NCBI GenBank assembly: GCA_964016885.1
Contig: OZ024741.1
Span: forward strand, 301,196,001 to 301,260,000
DNA: 64,000 bases
Direction: 5' to 3'
Source: Eledone cirrhosa
Lineage: Eukaryota
Shown here: in pieces, positions 12,932-26,389 of the stretch
Position numbering within the stretch: the first letter of the stretch is position 1
Layout of the letters: every line of letters begins with the position of its first letter
Translations under genes and position numbers: made by a program
Notes under the pieces: model-generated
The model's database searches: none
Seen by the model: the letters and a program-made list of their open reading frames with translations, nothing else
Told to the model about the DNA's origin: nothing

Positions 12932-13204
12932 CGAGAGATGGGAAAATGAACAGATCTGCTTTTTCTCGAAGTAAAGTTATCCGTTTTTACTACTGCTCTA
13001 TCTTTCTATTTCTTCTTTAATTTCCCATTCTATTTTCTAATGAAGGATTAGCGTCTGAAAAGCCAAGATTTTTCCAGCATATTAAGCGCGAAACTAATAT
13101 ATTTTTCATCTTCCTGTGTGTTGTTTCTGTTTACCTTTCGTATATATATATAACAAATAGTTTTATCGATCTACATGGCTGAGTACAAGGAATGTAAATC
13201 TGAG

Positions 13205-13615
13205 TTTTTCGAATAATAATAATATTCGATTCGTTTGCAAACGGCCTCTTCAGGCACGTCAGTAGGATGACACCGTCATTCTTGCTCTTGTGTTGGCATA
13301 TAAACACTTGCAGGAGGCTTAAGGCCGCCGTACTACAATACGAGGTGTCTCGGGCAATTTAAAACCGAGTGGAGCCCATGTCCTCTCCAGGTCTGAGTGC
13401 AGCAGATATTTTCCAGGGTGAGAGATAGGAAGTGATAAACATATATAAGAAGAATTATCGACCTCAGTACTTGACTAGTATATTTTTATCGACATCGAAT
13501 GGATGAAAGGCAAAGTTGACCTCGGTGAGATTTGAACTGACAAAGTAGAAAGCCGAAACGAATTCCGCAACTCATTTTCTATCCGACTCTCTGGCGAGTT
13601 TCCCGGCTCGGCGTT
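13205..13615 (-). mobile_element. Long-body SINE subfamily with Meta core and a different 3' tail (other copies ~16130-16410, ~60290-60612)
   Basis: ggatgaaaggcaaagttgacctcgg core plus the shared block ctctccaggtctga(g/a)t(g/a)ca(g/a)cagat in all three copies. Confidence 0.75.
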
Positions 13616-14030
13616 TAAATATATATGCGATTATATTTTAACAAGACTTTTTGCTGTTCACATAGCAAACTGTTGTTTACAGCTACTCCTGCGTTGAAAT
13701 TCCTACAATTTTATGAAAATTCATCTTATATATATGTATATATATATATATGTATGTGTGTGTATGTGTGTGTGTGTATGTATCCTTTGTTCTGTTCTAC
13801 ACCATCTTCGTGTAGGACACAACAAAGGAGATACACACAAAATAAAAACCTAGTTACTGAGGTCACAGAATGTGTGACGAAAGAGCTTTGTTTTTATTGG
13901 CAACTTGACCCCCCACCCCACCACCACCACCACCACCACCACCACCCCACCACCCAAAGAATAACAATATTTGTTTCAACACGTTTTCAGAGAAGAAATC
14001 TCGGAAAACAAATTCAAAAACGAATTATAT

Positions 14031-14205
<175 letters not shown>

Positions 14206-15328
14206 TATTGTTTGTACACTAGTCAATTTAACTGTATAGCTATAAAGAGCTTAACCGATACAATGTGAACATGTGTACACCTTTTTACATCAGACATATA
14301 CGCATACATATTTAGGCATTTCTATTCCGGTCTTATAATGTCCTCTGAATGTATTACGATTAATGAACATGACTATAATTTGTTTATCTTTAGTGTTTAT
14401 GTTGGTAGATATTATAAATATATACTAAGTTGTGTTCTAAGCATCCGAAGTATACGATGAATTTCTATCAGGACACGTACAGTACAGAGTGTAGCCGAGA
14501 CTGCGAAAAGTTTAGTGATGCTGAACTATACCTTACGATGTTACAACATGCAGCAGTGTTTTATTTCGTTTCGAATTTAAATATAGTTAAGCCCGTCTTA
14601 ACCGTCCATTATTCTGATGTGTGTGACAATAAGCATTTTGTCCCTGAAAATTAGCGCTCATATAACTAAGTCGAAATTCAATATATATTTATATATATAT
14701 CTAATGCTTTGAAGATTTAGAGAGAAAAAATGTATAGCAATAATTTGCATCCAATGATAAGCACTTTCAAACACATTCAAAAATGAAACTCAGAACTTTA
14801 AACAGTAGTGTCGTAGAATACAGAGCATGTAAAATGTAAATAATTTCCGATAATATACCATCTATCGGTAAAGTGTATTTTATTTCATCAGATATTTCAT
14901 TTAAGTTTGAAACATTATGAGATAACTAAATAAAAGAAAATCTGAAAGTTGAAAGAGATTAAAATGAATAATCTATAATTTTTTTGCGATACCAACGTTT
15001 TATATGCGTAAAGTTAACCTCTTTTCAAAGTTTCTCTTGTTTAGTGTTTGGCATCAGGATGGATAACGAGCAAATATCAATACTATTGATTCTACTGTTC
15101 ATATATAATAAAGTATCACCGATAATGTTCATGTTCTTTATAAGAATACAATTCAGTATACTGAAAGAAATAATACGAAAAGCAGAAAATATTTGGAACT
15201 ATAGAGTGATAACGATATAGAGTTATCTTATTGTTAATACACTGCACTCAATATATATGCAAACAAACATACGTAGATATACATACACATATATACACGA
15301 AATCATATACATATACACCCACACTTAC

Positions 15329-15378
<50 letters not shown>

Positions 15379-15754
15379 CTCTGTATGTGTGTGTGCATTT
15401 ATACACATGTAGATATGTAGATATTCATATTATAATTGTCTAGTATTGTTTTACAACACACAATCCAACAAAATAACATTTGCATATAAGAATTCACTGA
15501 TAAAAGCATACATGCACAATAATATCTGACATTAACATGAGCAGATATATTGTTTATTTTTACGGCCCCTTGAAGAATAAAATTATTCCTCAGAGGGAAA
15601 ATGACTGGTATCTTATTTTGTCGACCCTGGCATGATGAAATATAAGTGAAATAATATATACAGCAGCCATTATAGTTACGAAGCAGAAGGAAACTCTCTT
15701 AGATGAGCGGTCAACATGGAAAATATACAAAAAAAAATGAATATAATGATCTTT

Positions 15755-15963
15755 GATTTAAGCACAAGGTCAACAATTTGGTGGGAGAAGAAAGTCGATT
15801 AAATCAACCTCAGTATGTTACTGGTACTTTATCTTATCGATCCCTTAAGGATCAAAAGCAAAGTTAACCTAGGCTGGATTTGAACTCAGAAAGTAAAGGG
15901 TAGTAACTGTATGCCGGAAAGCATGTTGTGAAGTGCTCTATCAAAGCTGCCAATCCACCACCC
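15755..15963 (-). mobile_element. Meta-domain SINE
   Basis: gcacaaggtcaacaatttg...ggtactttatcttatcgatcccttaaggatcaaaagcaaagttaacc...gctgccaatccacca. Confidence 0.85.
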
Positions 15964-16822
15964 TATATTGAAAATAAGTTACTGTGCCGAACTGTTTCAA
16001 TCATTCCTCTGCTTACTTGTGGCATCCTTTATCTGCTGAATTCGGGGTTCTCTATTTTGTAGATAATAAACAGCGTTGTATTAAATTAAATCTGTATGTA
16101 TAGTCCTGTCACTCCTAAAGGAATCGTAGGAGTGCCATATTGACATACGGCGTTTCTAGGACATTTTAAAACCTAGCGGAGCCCCTCCCTCTCCAGGTCT
16201 GAATGCAGCAGATTTTTTTCCAGAGACAGATTTTAGGGTGAGAGAAAGGATGTGAAAAAGAAATATAGAGGAAAATCGACCCCAGGACGAGACTTGTTCT
16301 TTTCTTATAGACTTCGAATGGATGAAAGGCAAATTTGACCGCGGCAGGATTTGAAATCAGAGAGCACAGAGCCGAAATAAATCCCATAAAGCATTCTATT
16401 CGCCACCTTAGATACAGAGAGACAAATAGTCTAGTTCTCGTTCGTATCATTTGCCAGTCATATTCATAAATTTGCCAGTCATATTCATACATGCACTCAC
16501 ATATATAAATCTGTAGAAAAGCCCCTGGTGTTCCACTAGTATACTCAGCACCAAATACGCGTATACACATACACAAACACACATACACATACACACACAC
16601 GCATACACACAACACAAACATGCATACACATACACATACACAAACACACATACACTAACACGCACACACACCATATGATGATTTCATACAAATAAAACAG
16701 TTCTAGTCCCATAATTGATCTCTATATCAAATAAATATGCTTCTTCTTTACTAACAGAGGAATGTCATATTTAACAGTGGTTTCTTTCCGATCCCCCTGG
16801 GATAAAGATACTAAATTATATA

Positions 16823-16921
<99 letters not shown>

Positions 16922-17084
16922 ATGTATATATAAAGTGTGTGTGTGTGTGTTCAGTATGTGTGTATGTGTATGTGTGTGTGTGTATGTGTGTGTGTGACGG
17001 GGGGGGGGGGGGTCAGTGTGTGTCAGTCTGTCTATCTGCCTCTTTTTTCAGAGTTTTTTTTTGCGTGAGAGTGGGTCTCTCTAC

Positions 17085-17151
<67 letters not shown>

Positions 17152-18885
17152 GATTGTAGATAGATTTATTGCAAATATAAGTACACTTTTGAATAAGCGG
17201 TGAAATGAAGTGTTAACACCCATCGAATTATTTTCACTTAACATAGCACAGAAATTTCACCTTTAAAAAACGTAAAACCCACATTCACGTAAAGAGGGTA
17301 TTTGATTTCGGCATATAATTCAAAAGATATTTTGGACCGAATGATGAGTTTTTCTCACACAAGCTTATATAAACAAACATATTCACACAATCACATATAA
17401 AGACTTATATGCATATATGCATTCTAATATAGCACGCAACCTACGCAACTTTAAATCACTGGATGTCAATTGCATTAAATTCTATATTCCATTCAGGAAG
17501 TGTCAAACATTGCTGTGATTTCAAAACTTAATTTTGCATTGACAGTATAATAATTCCTAGTCCGTATTCTCTTATCACACCATGAAATATATTTCATGCA
17601 TGTAAAGTTTTGTTTCGCCCAGGAAAGTTATGATTAAGCCATAGTGAGCGAATCTATCATAATTCTATATCAATGTATCAATGTAGTTTTTTGAAAGCCA
17701 ATGCATTCATGATATGTATCTATAAATTTTTTTTTTAAATATAATGTATCCATAATGTTGTTTTATTTTCTCAAAGAGAAATTGAGTAACACAATAATCG
17801 AGTATGCGTTGGTTGTGCATTTGTAAATCACTTTATTTGAAGTTATAAACTATACCCAGATATAATGTAACCATAATTACTTATTATTTTCTTCTGTAGA
17901 ATTGCTGCTTCTATTTCAATCCACCGGTTTTGATCTAAATGTATATGCTATTGAATAATTCCTCTCCTTGTCCATCCATTTGCAACTTTTCCTTCTCAAT
18001 GAATTTTCAAGGTTGGCCATGTCGTAAAACTGGCATGTTTCCAAAGCCTCATAATATAACGTTACTCAGGAACCATCTCGGGATACAGTTGACTCCCATA
18101 AAAGGGTGTCTGCAAGTACATCAAGCGTTTCGGTCATACAGAAATGTAAATACTCCTTAGATACTGAAAAGTTCGAAATTATTAAATTAACCATTCTAGA
18201 AGATAGGAAGAGCCATATTTAGCATACATAATAATTTCAATAATTTAATACTACTGCCAGACTGATGTGTAATATTGACTGATGTGTAATAATGACTGAT
18301 GTGTGATATTGCTGCAAGCGTTAGGATGAAATGCTACATTTCAACTAAATTTCAGACGTGGCTCTATTATCTGCTGTATTGAAATCATACTCCTTTTCTC
18401 CACACACTATTTTTCCTCCGCCAGGGAATTGCTTTTCTAGTAGACACATCGGTAAATTAATTTCTTCAGAAGATTCAGTGACAATAATCATATTTACGTT
18501 ATATAAGCAAATTCTCAAAAGCCATTTACATGATGAAAATAATGTTAGTTATATTTCCCGCTGTCTATGACGTATATTTCCATCTCTTCTCTAAAATCAG
18601 AGATTTCTTGTCATGCTGCTCTATATCATCATCCGTTTTCACCTTTGATGAGTTGCAATCACGTATGATACAATCTTACCCTTCTCATCGACTCAATCTT
18701 ACCCAGCTCAGCTCCTGCCTTGCCGTTCGAACTCGGCAAGAGCTCAGCCGTCGGGGTCCCGAATTTTTCATATAACCCACTCTACTACCCCAAGTATTGA
18801 GTACTTTGGTGAGTAATAGTCTAACCGGTTTTTACTGCATCCATTCTGATTTATACACACACACACACAGACACACACACACACG

Positions 18886-18918
<33 letters not shown>

Positions 18919-19596
18919 GCGTGCGTAACCTATAAAAGAGACTCTATTTAATACAAGTATGAGTATAGTATCACTACCCAGACATAACCGAATCGTTCTC
19001 ATTGAAATAATACATAATACATAACAAAACTATTTGGTGGCTTTTAAAATGCCAGCAGACACAATCAATATCGAATTCCTATTGGAACCACACATTCATA
19101 ACTATCAAATATCTGTGTGAGAGCTCTTCCAACATATATCCTATAATGCAACTACCAAAATGACCATAACAGATTTGATAAGTTATCACGAAATCACAAG
19201 ACACCTGTATGCTTCAACACAGATAAGCTGTATTGAACATTTGTTTGATTTTTGTTTATTCAACAAAATATTAATTCTGTGTTTTTTTTATATATGTATT
19301 ACTAAGAGTTATGTAGCATGTTTGAATTGGATACCGTTTTGCTTCTAGGTATGAATTGGTCATCAGTCAAAGTTTAACGTTATATAATATGTTTATGATT
19401 AATATAAGGAAACATGCAATAAGAAATATATAAACATCCGAAATGTATTCTTGGCGAATGCAATATTGAATATTACCAAATGACAATGCAACAAAATATT
19501 AACATTTGAATAGATTGATCGATTTACGGATCTCGGTAACAAACGGTAGACGTTGCATTAGGCATCTAATTTAAGTTGCGAGATGTTAGATGTAAT

Positions 19597-19700
19597 AATT
19601 GTTTCTACTTTTTGCACAAGGCCAGCAATTACCCAGTGTATTACTGATACTTTATTTTATCGACCCCGTAAGGATGAAAGGCAAAGATAACCTCGGCGGG
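19597..19700 (-). mobile_element. 5'-truncated Meta-domain SINE
   Basis: SINE tail and core only, flanked by agatgtaataat on both sides (TSD-like). Confidence 0.85.
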
Positions 19701-19856
19701 TCAGATGTAATAATATAGACGATTTACAAATACAGTTACTAATGGAGATTAATATTATCCTTGGGAATTAAATTTACTTTTGGCTACAAATATTACCGAC
19801 GAAAATCAAAGTAATCTCGATTCTTATTCAATCTTTGGTAAGCCATATATAACACT

Positions 19857-20038
<182 letters not shown>

Positions 20039-20139
20039 AAAGATTCAGCCATCGGGGTCTTGAATCTTTTCCTACTCTACTACCCCAAGTATCGAGTACT
20101 CTGGTGGGTTATCGTCTAGCTGGTTTTTACTACACCCTG

Positions 20140-20189
<50 letters not shown>

Positions 20190-20310
20190 ATAAATACAGA
20201 TTAAGTAAAGAATCGATGCTTACAATAAATATTTGCTCTACGGGTTTATATATGTATATATAATCCTTAACAAGCCCTCTTCGGATTTTAGTGTTCACAT
20301 TTATTATTAG

Positions 20311-20385
<75 letters not shown>

Positions 20386-20577
20386 CTAAATTATATACTT
20401 TATATACTAATTGTCCCTCTCTTTTTTTAATAACATTATCTTTTTAATAACACTATATTTTCAATAATGTCACTTTGACGAATCAAAATAGAAAAACAGA
20501 CCCTTAAATATCTCCCGTGCTATTTCCAACTTCATCTTTTCTCTATATTCTCTGTTTTGTATAGAACCCAACTTCCC

Positions 20578-20629
<52 letters not shown>

Positions 20630-22699
20630 CAGCGTGATTGCATTTCGGCTGTGGTCAAAAGCAACATACAACATAGTGTTAATAGTAGCTGTCAAACCGT
20701 AAAGAATATAAAAATAAGAAACTGATCTTTTCACACTATCTTATATATTTTTAGATACCTGATAAAAATGTCATTAACCAGCGTGGTGTTAATTATACAT
20801 ATTTTATCGCTTAGCATTTTTTCCTATTCCTTGAAAAACAAAACACAATTGTTTTCAGGTATATCTATAAAATCCTAAAATACCGAGAAATAATAAATAA
20901 CTATTTTTCCAGCCTGTGGCGTTTGTGAAATTCGGCGGAAATGGGCCAGTGACAGTGAAGTTCTTGTCATCGTTGGCGGCACACCATACTGCGGTACTTC
21001 TGCAAGCGTGTTGGTTTGCCTCAACATTTTCCGTTGACCTTTGTATTGTGGTGTGCGGCCGATTGACGCATTTCGTGGTGAATTGATAGTTGTTTTTGTT
21101 TATTTGTTTGTTTTTCTTTCCTTTTCTTTTTCTCTCGCTTTGATCATATAGTTTTGTGCATTACATTTTTGAGATTCCGAGCAATAATTAATTGTATATA
21201 TTATGTGTTTATACGGGTGTTTATATTTTCATTTTATAAAAATTATAAACAATTTGTAATGTTGTTATTGATACAACTGTGAATAATAAAACACTTTAAA
21301 GTTTTTTTTTAAATCTATTAAGTGAAGAATAAAATCAGTAATTTAGTCATTCACTACTGTTATTGTATTAAAAGCTGTTCGGCTGCTGATGAAATACATC
21401 TGAAATTCGAATACAAAGATGAAAGTAAATCGTTAATTATTATGAATATGAGGTAATATATTTCTTAGATATGATGCGCTATGCAATTATCATAATTTTT
21501 CAATATTTCAGAGACATACAAAATGTAAATATCAATACGTATTACGATAAAATATGTACCTAAAATATTAATATAGAAGTTAATAGAAGTTAATAAGTCA
21601 ATTCTATCATGATATATCACAAATAATTTATATGAAGCCGAGACACGGTGTTTTTAATCATATTTCATGAACACTGTAATTGCTTTTTTTTTTTATCTTA
21701 GTATAGTTATTTAGTTGCAGTCAACTATGTTAACAGTATGACGAAATATTGCTTAAGATACACGTGAATATATAATAGTTGGGAGTGTGTGGATTGCAAC
21801 TGAGGAGAAAATAATAATTATAAAGGGGAATAGGAAACGTTTTTAATTCTCCGGGTAGAGTTAATCGCCTTCTACGAAATATTTTGGATATTGTCTAGAA
21901 TTAAGCAGGTTTTCCAGATCCTTAATGTATTACATCCAGTTAAATTACTTTAGAAACTTGCTTCGAACATTCCCAGACGCTAAGGATATCTATTTATTTA
22001 AAATAGTTATTTTACATCACAATTTCGGTGCAGTGATCTTATAAGTTTCAACGTTTCCAACGAACAAATAAGCAAATATCTGAATCATTGGAATGGCTTA
22101 GAGCTTTTTGTATGGCAACTGATAATTTGCTGTTTATTGAGATATGTAGAACAAATATATGAAGAACTTGTCCTGTTGTTCTTATCCTAATCTGATATAC
22201 ATATTGCAGTACTTAGAGGGCTTTTTAATCAGTTTACGTTCGATTTCAGTCTCGTATCTCATATCTCAATATTCATAAATCAATGTGTGTGTGTCCCAAT
22301 TGTCGACCACCGTTTTGCGCATACTGGGTTGCATAGCGGCACATCATTTCTTATGGCAATATCATAGCCAATGTAATTTTTGTCTTAATTTAAAAAAAAA
22401 TAAATTTATTAATAATAATAATAATAATCGAAAAAAATGAAACGAAATTTCATTTCTCACTCTTAGTACGGCTGTTACTTAAATATAAGTATGTATACGT
22501 ACATACATATATGTATACAGACGTACAGTAGTATGTATATATATATATATATATATACATGCACACATATATATATGTACGTATGGATTCACCGAACATT
22601 TATTATAATGCTCGGTTTGTTTGTAAACAAACATCCCGAATTAAGCCGTACAGTGTCTAGCAACCATCGTTGCTCATTTGTTCAACACTGACAAAGGAA

Positions 22700-22740
22700 C
22701 GCTGTACTAGTTTCAAGCTTATTAGCTATCGTCAGCAACG
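22700..22740 (-). ncRNA. Minimal type I hammerhead ribozyme, intact
   Basis: Reverse complement: cgttg CTGACGA t agct aata agct t GAAAC TA GTA cagcg. Stem I cgttg/cagcg extends to ttcaac/gttgaa; stem III is the palindrome ACTAGT; cleavage triplet GUA. Confidence 0.88.
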
Positions 22741-23141
22741 ATACCTTCCTGCCAGATGGTTGAAGGTCTGAAAGTATAAACTGTCCTTATGCATATTAAC
22801 GGCTGAGTAGCCTAATTTGCATATGGAGTGACTTAATCGGCCGGGGTACTGAAAACGATAAACGGAAAAAATGATACGAAATTTCATTTCTCGCTCTTAG
22901 TACAGCTGTTACTTAAATATAAGTATGTATACATAAATACATATAGGTATACAGACGTACAGTAGTATGTATATATATATATATATATATATATACATAC
23001 ATGCACACATATATATATGTACGTATGGATTCACCGAAAATGTGTTATAATGCTCGGTTTGTTTGTAAACAAACATCCCGAATTAAGCCGTACAGTGTTT
23101 AGCAACCATCGTTGCTCATTTGTTCAACACTGACAAAGGAA

Positions 23142-23182
23142 CGCTGTACTAGTTTCAAGCTTATTAGCTATCGTCAGCAACG
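23142..23182 (-). ncRNA. Minimal type I hammerhead ribozyme, intact (second tandem copy)
   Basis: Identical core to 22700-22740, 442 nt away. Confidence 0.88.
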
Positions 23183-23399
23183 ATACCTTCCTGCCAGATG
23201 GGTGAACGTCTGGAAGTATAAACTTTCCTTATGCATATTAACGACTGAGCAGCCTAATTTGCATATCGTTATATTTAAGTAACAGACGTACTAAGAGTGA
23301 GAAATGAAATTTCGTTTCACTTTTTCCGTTTATCGTTTTCGGTACCCCGGCCGATTAACTCACTCGATATGTAAATGTATGTGTATTTAAATGGTAAAG

Positions 23400-23830
23400 G
23401 TGGAAATAATCATCCACAACCAACGTATTTCTACATTGGTATTTACTTCCAATGTAGAAATGTATACATATAAAAAGCAGAACTAGATATCGTAATGATA
23501 AATATGTATATGTATTTGATGTAAACAAAAAATGCTGTAAATTAAAAATATTGACTATTGAAATTCCAAACATTCTTTTAAAAAAGCGCAATTGATGAAA
23601 AACAAAAATAATTTTGTTTTTACAATTATTATATACGTTCAAGTCGATTTCTTCCACTCCTATATTTTTCCCATTACAAGTACATCAATTTTCCAATTTT
23701 ATTTTGATTTTTAAAGGTAAGTATCCGATAAGATATCACAATATATTACCATCTTAGTAAATCCGAATAGATAATCCTTTTATATTATTATCGTGGAGTT
23801 TTGCATTAACACACTGTAATTTTTTCATTT
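23400..23830 (-). mobile_element. Possible highly decayed Penelope-type RT fragment
   Basis: Minus-strand remnants TFKNQ...IDVLVMG and VVDDYF, resembling the PLE RT motifs (Q..GL.MG, YVDD). Many stops. Confidence 0.3.
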
Positions 23831-24469
23831 TATTTTTATCTTTAAGAAACACTGGAAATTCAATTCTAAAGCCCCAAAAGGATTTAGATTTAATTAGGAT
23901 AGTTAAGCTTTCGCGTGAAGGATAATCAGAGAAATAGCGAATTAAATAAAATGGAATGTGTGCAAATTTTCAAATATATCCAACATACAGACTTGAAATA
24001 TGATATATATATATATATATAAGTAGATCCCATGTTAAATCGGGTACAGCCACAGGTTAAAAGGTGCTCAATACATTAGTAGAGTATATGCATAATTATT
24101 TAATATAGAAATGGCTATATATACATATTAAAAATAAGGAATGGCACCCCAATCTGAACTTGTTTATAGAATTCTTTCTGCCTTTGTCACTCTAAATATA
24201 AATTATAGCCTTAAAGAATTAGCTTTTAATGAATTCCCTTTTCTTTCAATCAATGACCTCTACCCATCCCACTCCCCACCCTCTCCTAACACCTGAAAAG
24301 ATATAAATACCACAACATTTATTTTGGAAAGCCAGTTTCCTGATGATTTCTAAAGAATGAAACAGTTCTAGTCCTGTAGAATCTCATCTATATTAAAACT
24401 TGTATACTCTGCTATGTATTGAGTACCTTAATTACTGTGGTTACCTCTGATTCAACCCGGAATAACTTA

Positions 24470-24506
<37 letters not shown>

Positions 24507-24622
24507 ATTAAGTCAAATATGTAAAATTTGGCTTAGTTTATTATAAATTATAGATATTATATATACATATATATATATACATCCGCTTCATCCTCTCCTA
24601 CGATACATTAACCCTATTATTA

Positions 24623-24664
<42 letters not shown>

Positions 24665-24668
<4 letters not shown>

Positions 24669-24972
24669 GATAAAAACCCGAAAAAGACAGAATATTCAAA
24701 ACAAATTCTTTTACTTCAACACACACTCTAGAAAATTCCCAAACCACGCCCATACCCAAATCAGACACATCTGCAACAACAGGTAACACCACCTTGTGTT
24801 TGTTTTCCTTTAGTATTAGTGGTGATGGTAGTGGGCATAGTGGTGGTGTTACCTGTTGTTGCAGATGTGTCTGATTTGGGTATGGGCGTGGTTTGGGAAT
24901 TTTCTAGAGTGTGTGTTGAAGTAAAAGAATTTATTTTGAATATTTTGTGTCTTTTTCGGGTTTTTATCGTAT
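24665..24972. repeat. Inverted repeat, ~129-bp arms, 48-bp spacer
   Basis: 24665-24793 is the near-perfect reverse complement of 24842-24972; it abuts (TA)n on the left. Confidence 0.92.
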
Positions 24973-26389
24973 TAGAGTTCCACCCAACCCACTTCACCCC
25001 ACCTCATCACCACGAGATGGTTAGTTTTAAGTGCCTGAAAATTCGGCCTCGGATAGGATAGGGAATGCATTAGTGTGTGTATTTATGAGTGCGTTTGTGT
25101 TTCATATGTGGGTTGAAAGAGGAAGAGGAAAAGCTGTGTTGAGAGTTCCTGTGAATGGTTTTGTTACTTTTTCTTATGATGTGGTTGTTGTTATTGTTTT
25201 TGCTGCTGCTACTGTTGGTGTTGTTAGAGTTAGAGCTGCCGCTGGTGTTCTAGGTGTCGCAGCTGCTGATGCAGTTGTTGGTGTTGTTGTAACCTGAACA
25301 CAATTTAAACGTGTACTCCACATGTGTCCATCTATCAACAGCATTGTGATAGCTTTACCAGTGTAATCTCCTTTCATTCTACACCAGTTTATGTATACGG
25401 TACATCTGATGGCTGTCACAGAAAAAGATTACATGCTATCTTCTTTTCGTGATGAGGATCAGAACAAAATAGAAAATAAGCATTGGTGGAAGTCAGAAGG
25501 ACAAGCACTCTCCAATGAAATCAGCAACCAGACATCAATTAGTACCTGGTTCCAGTCTTTTATGTTAGCCTTATTTCTCTCATATCTCAGCTTAAAGAAT
25601 TTTATGTCATCATCATCATCATCATAGTCCCTTAACTCTTTTCGGGATCGTTGGGACACTGCAACAGCAAAAATTGCCTTCATCTCTAGTAGTCATAAGT
25701 GAGACCATGGGTTTTTGGCAAAATCTTATGTAGTAGCGATTTAATATTCATATATTTATCAAACATTATCCATTTTATTTATTTTATTCTCTTTTTTCCA
25801 CATAGTAAAAGTATACATTATCAAATATAGTAATGATGTCTAACTATCAATTAATTACATATCTAATATATTGATTAATATCATATAATGTAGCTTAATA
25901 TGAATATATTAAAATAAATGTAAACAAAATATACTCGTCATTATGTATTAGCAATCAATGCATTTGTATATTTATAATAAATATATGTTATCAATAAAAT
26001 ATAATGCTGTTTAAATATCAATTAACAATAGATGTAACCTATTGATTCATTCCATAATATGAACTTTAACATTTTCAGCATTACCTAGCAACCAAGAAAA
26101 AATACTGGCATTGATAACATTACATTACGTTGAAAAGTTTACCAGGTTACAATGCTATGTTCATTAATGCACATATACTTTTTAAAACAAAATATTTCTC
26201 AATCTTAATTTAATTAATTTCATTTGTGCATTTAATTGTACATCATTAATTGCCAACAATGTATTCTTTAGATCAACCCATTTAGCGTTTAAAATGTCAA
26301 AGTTGTTTTGTAATTTACGACTTCAATTCGTAAACCTCTACTTTACCCCTCTATATTTACTAAATCACTCGTTCCCTAATTAGTTCATT

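Larger units (their letters stand above)
22430..23372 (-). mobile_element. Partial tandem (442-bp period) plus inverted segment of a hammerhead-bearing unit (PLE pseudo-LTR or non-LTR retrozyme)
   Basis: 22441-22827 is repeated at ~22875-23267; 23268-23372 is an inverted copy of ~22815-22922. A third family member lies at 43870-44227. Confidence 0.85.

Noticed and set aside
13030-13075. ctaatgaaggattagcgtctgaaaagcc, possible HHR remnant
   Set aside because: Core mutated at several positions with no clear stems.
21380-21420. CTGATGA aatacatct GAAA ttcga ATA hammerhead-like string
   Set aside because: Stem I is only 2 bp, stem II is weak and there is no repeat context; it may be chance.
24340-24376. 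Hammerhead core CTGATGA-tttctaaagaat-GAAAC...GTC (decayed relative at ~16675)
   Set aside because: The core and stem II are present but no stem I can form next to the core. Probably a decayed PLE motif, so not called as a ribozyme.
25174-25419. Thr/Ala-rich mucin-like ORF
   Set aside because: Derived from low-complexity (GTT/GCT) sequence beside an inverted repeat, with no exon or domain support.
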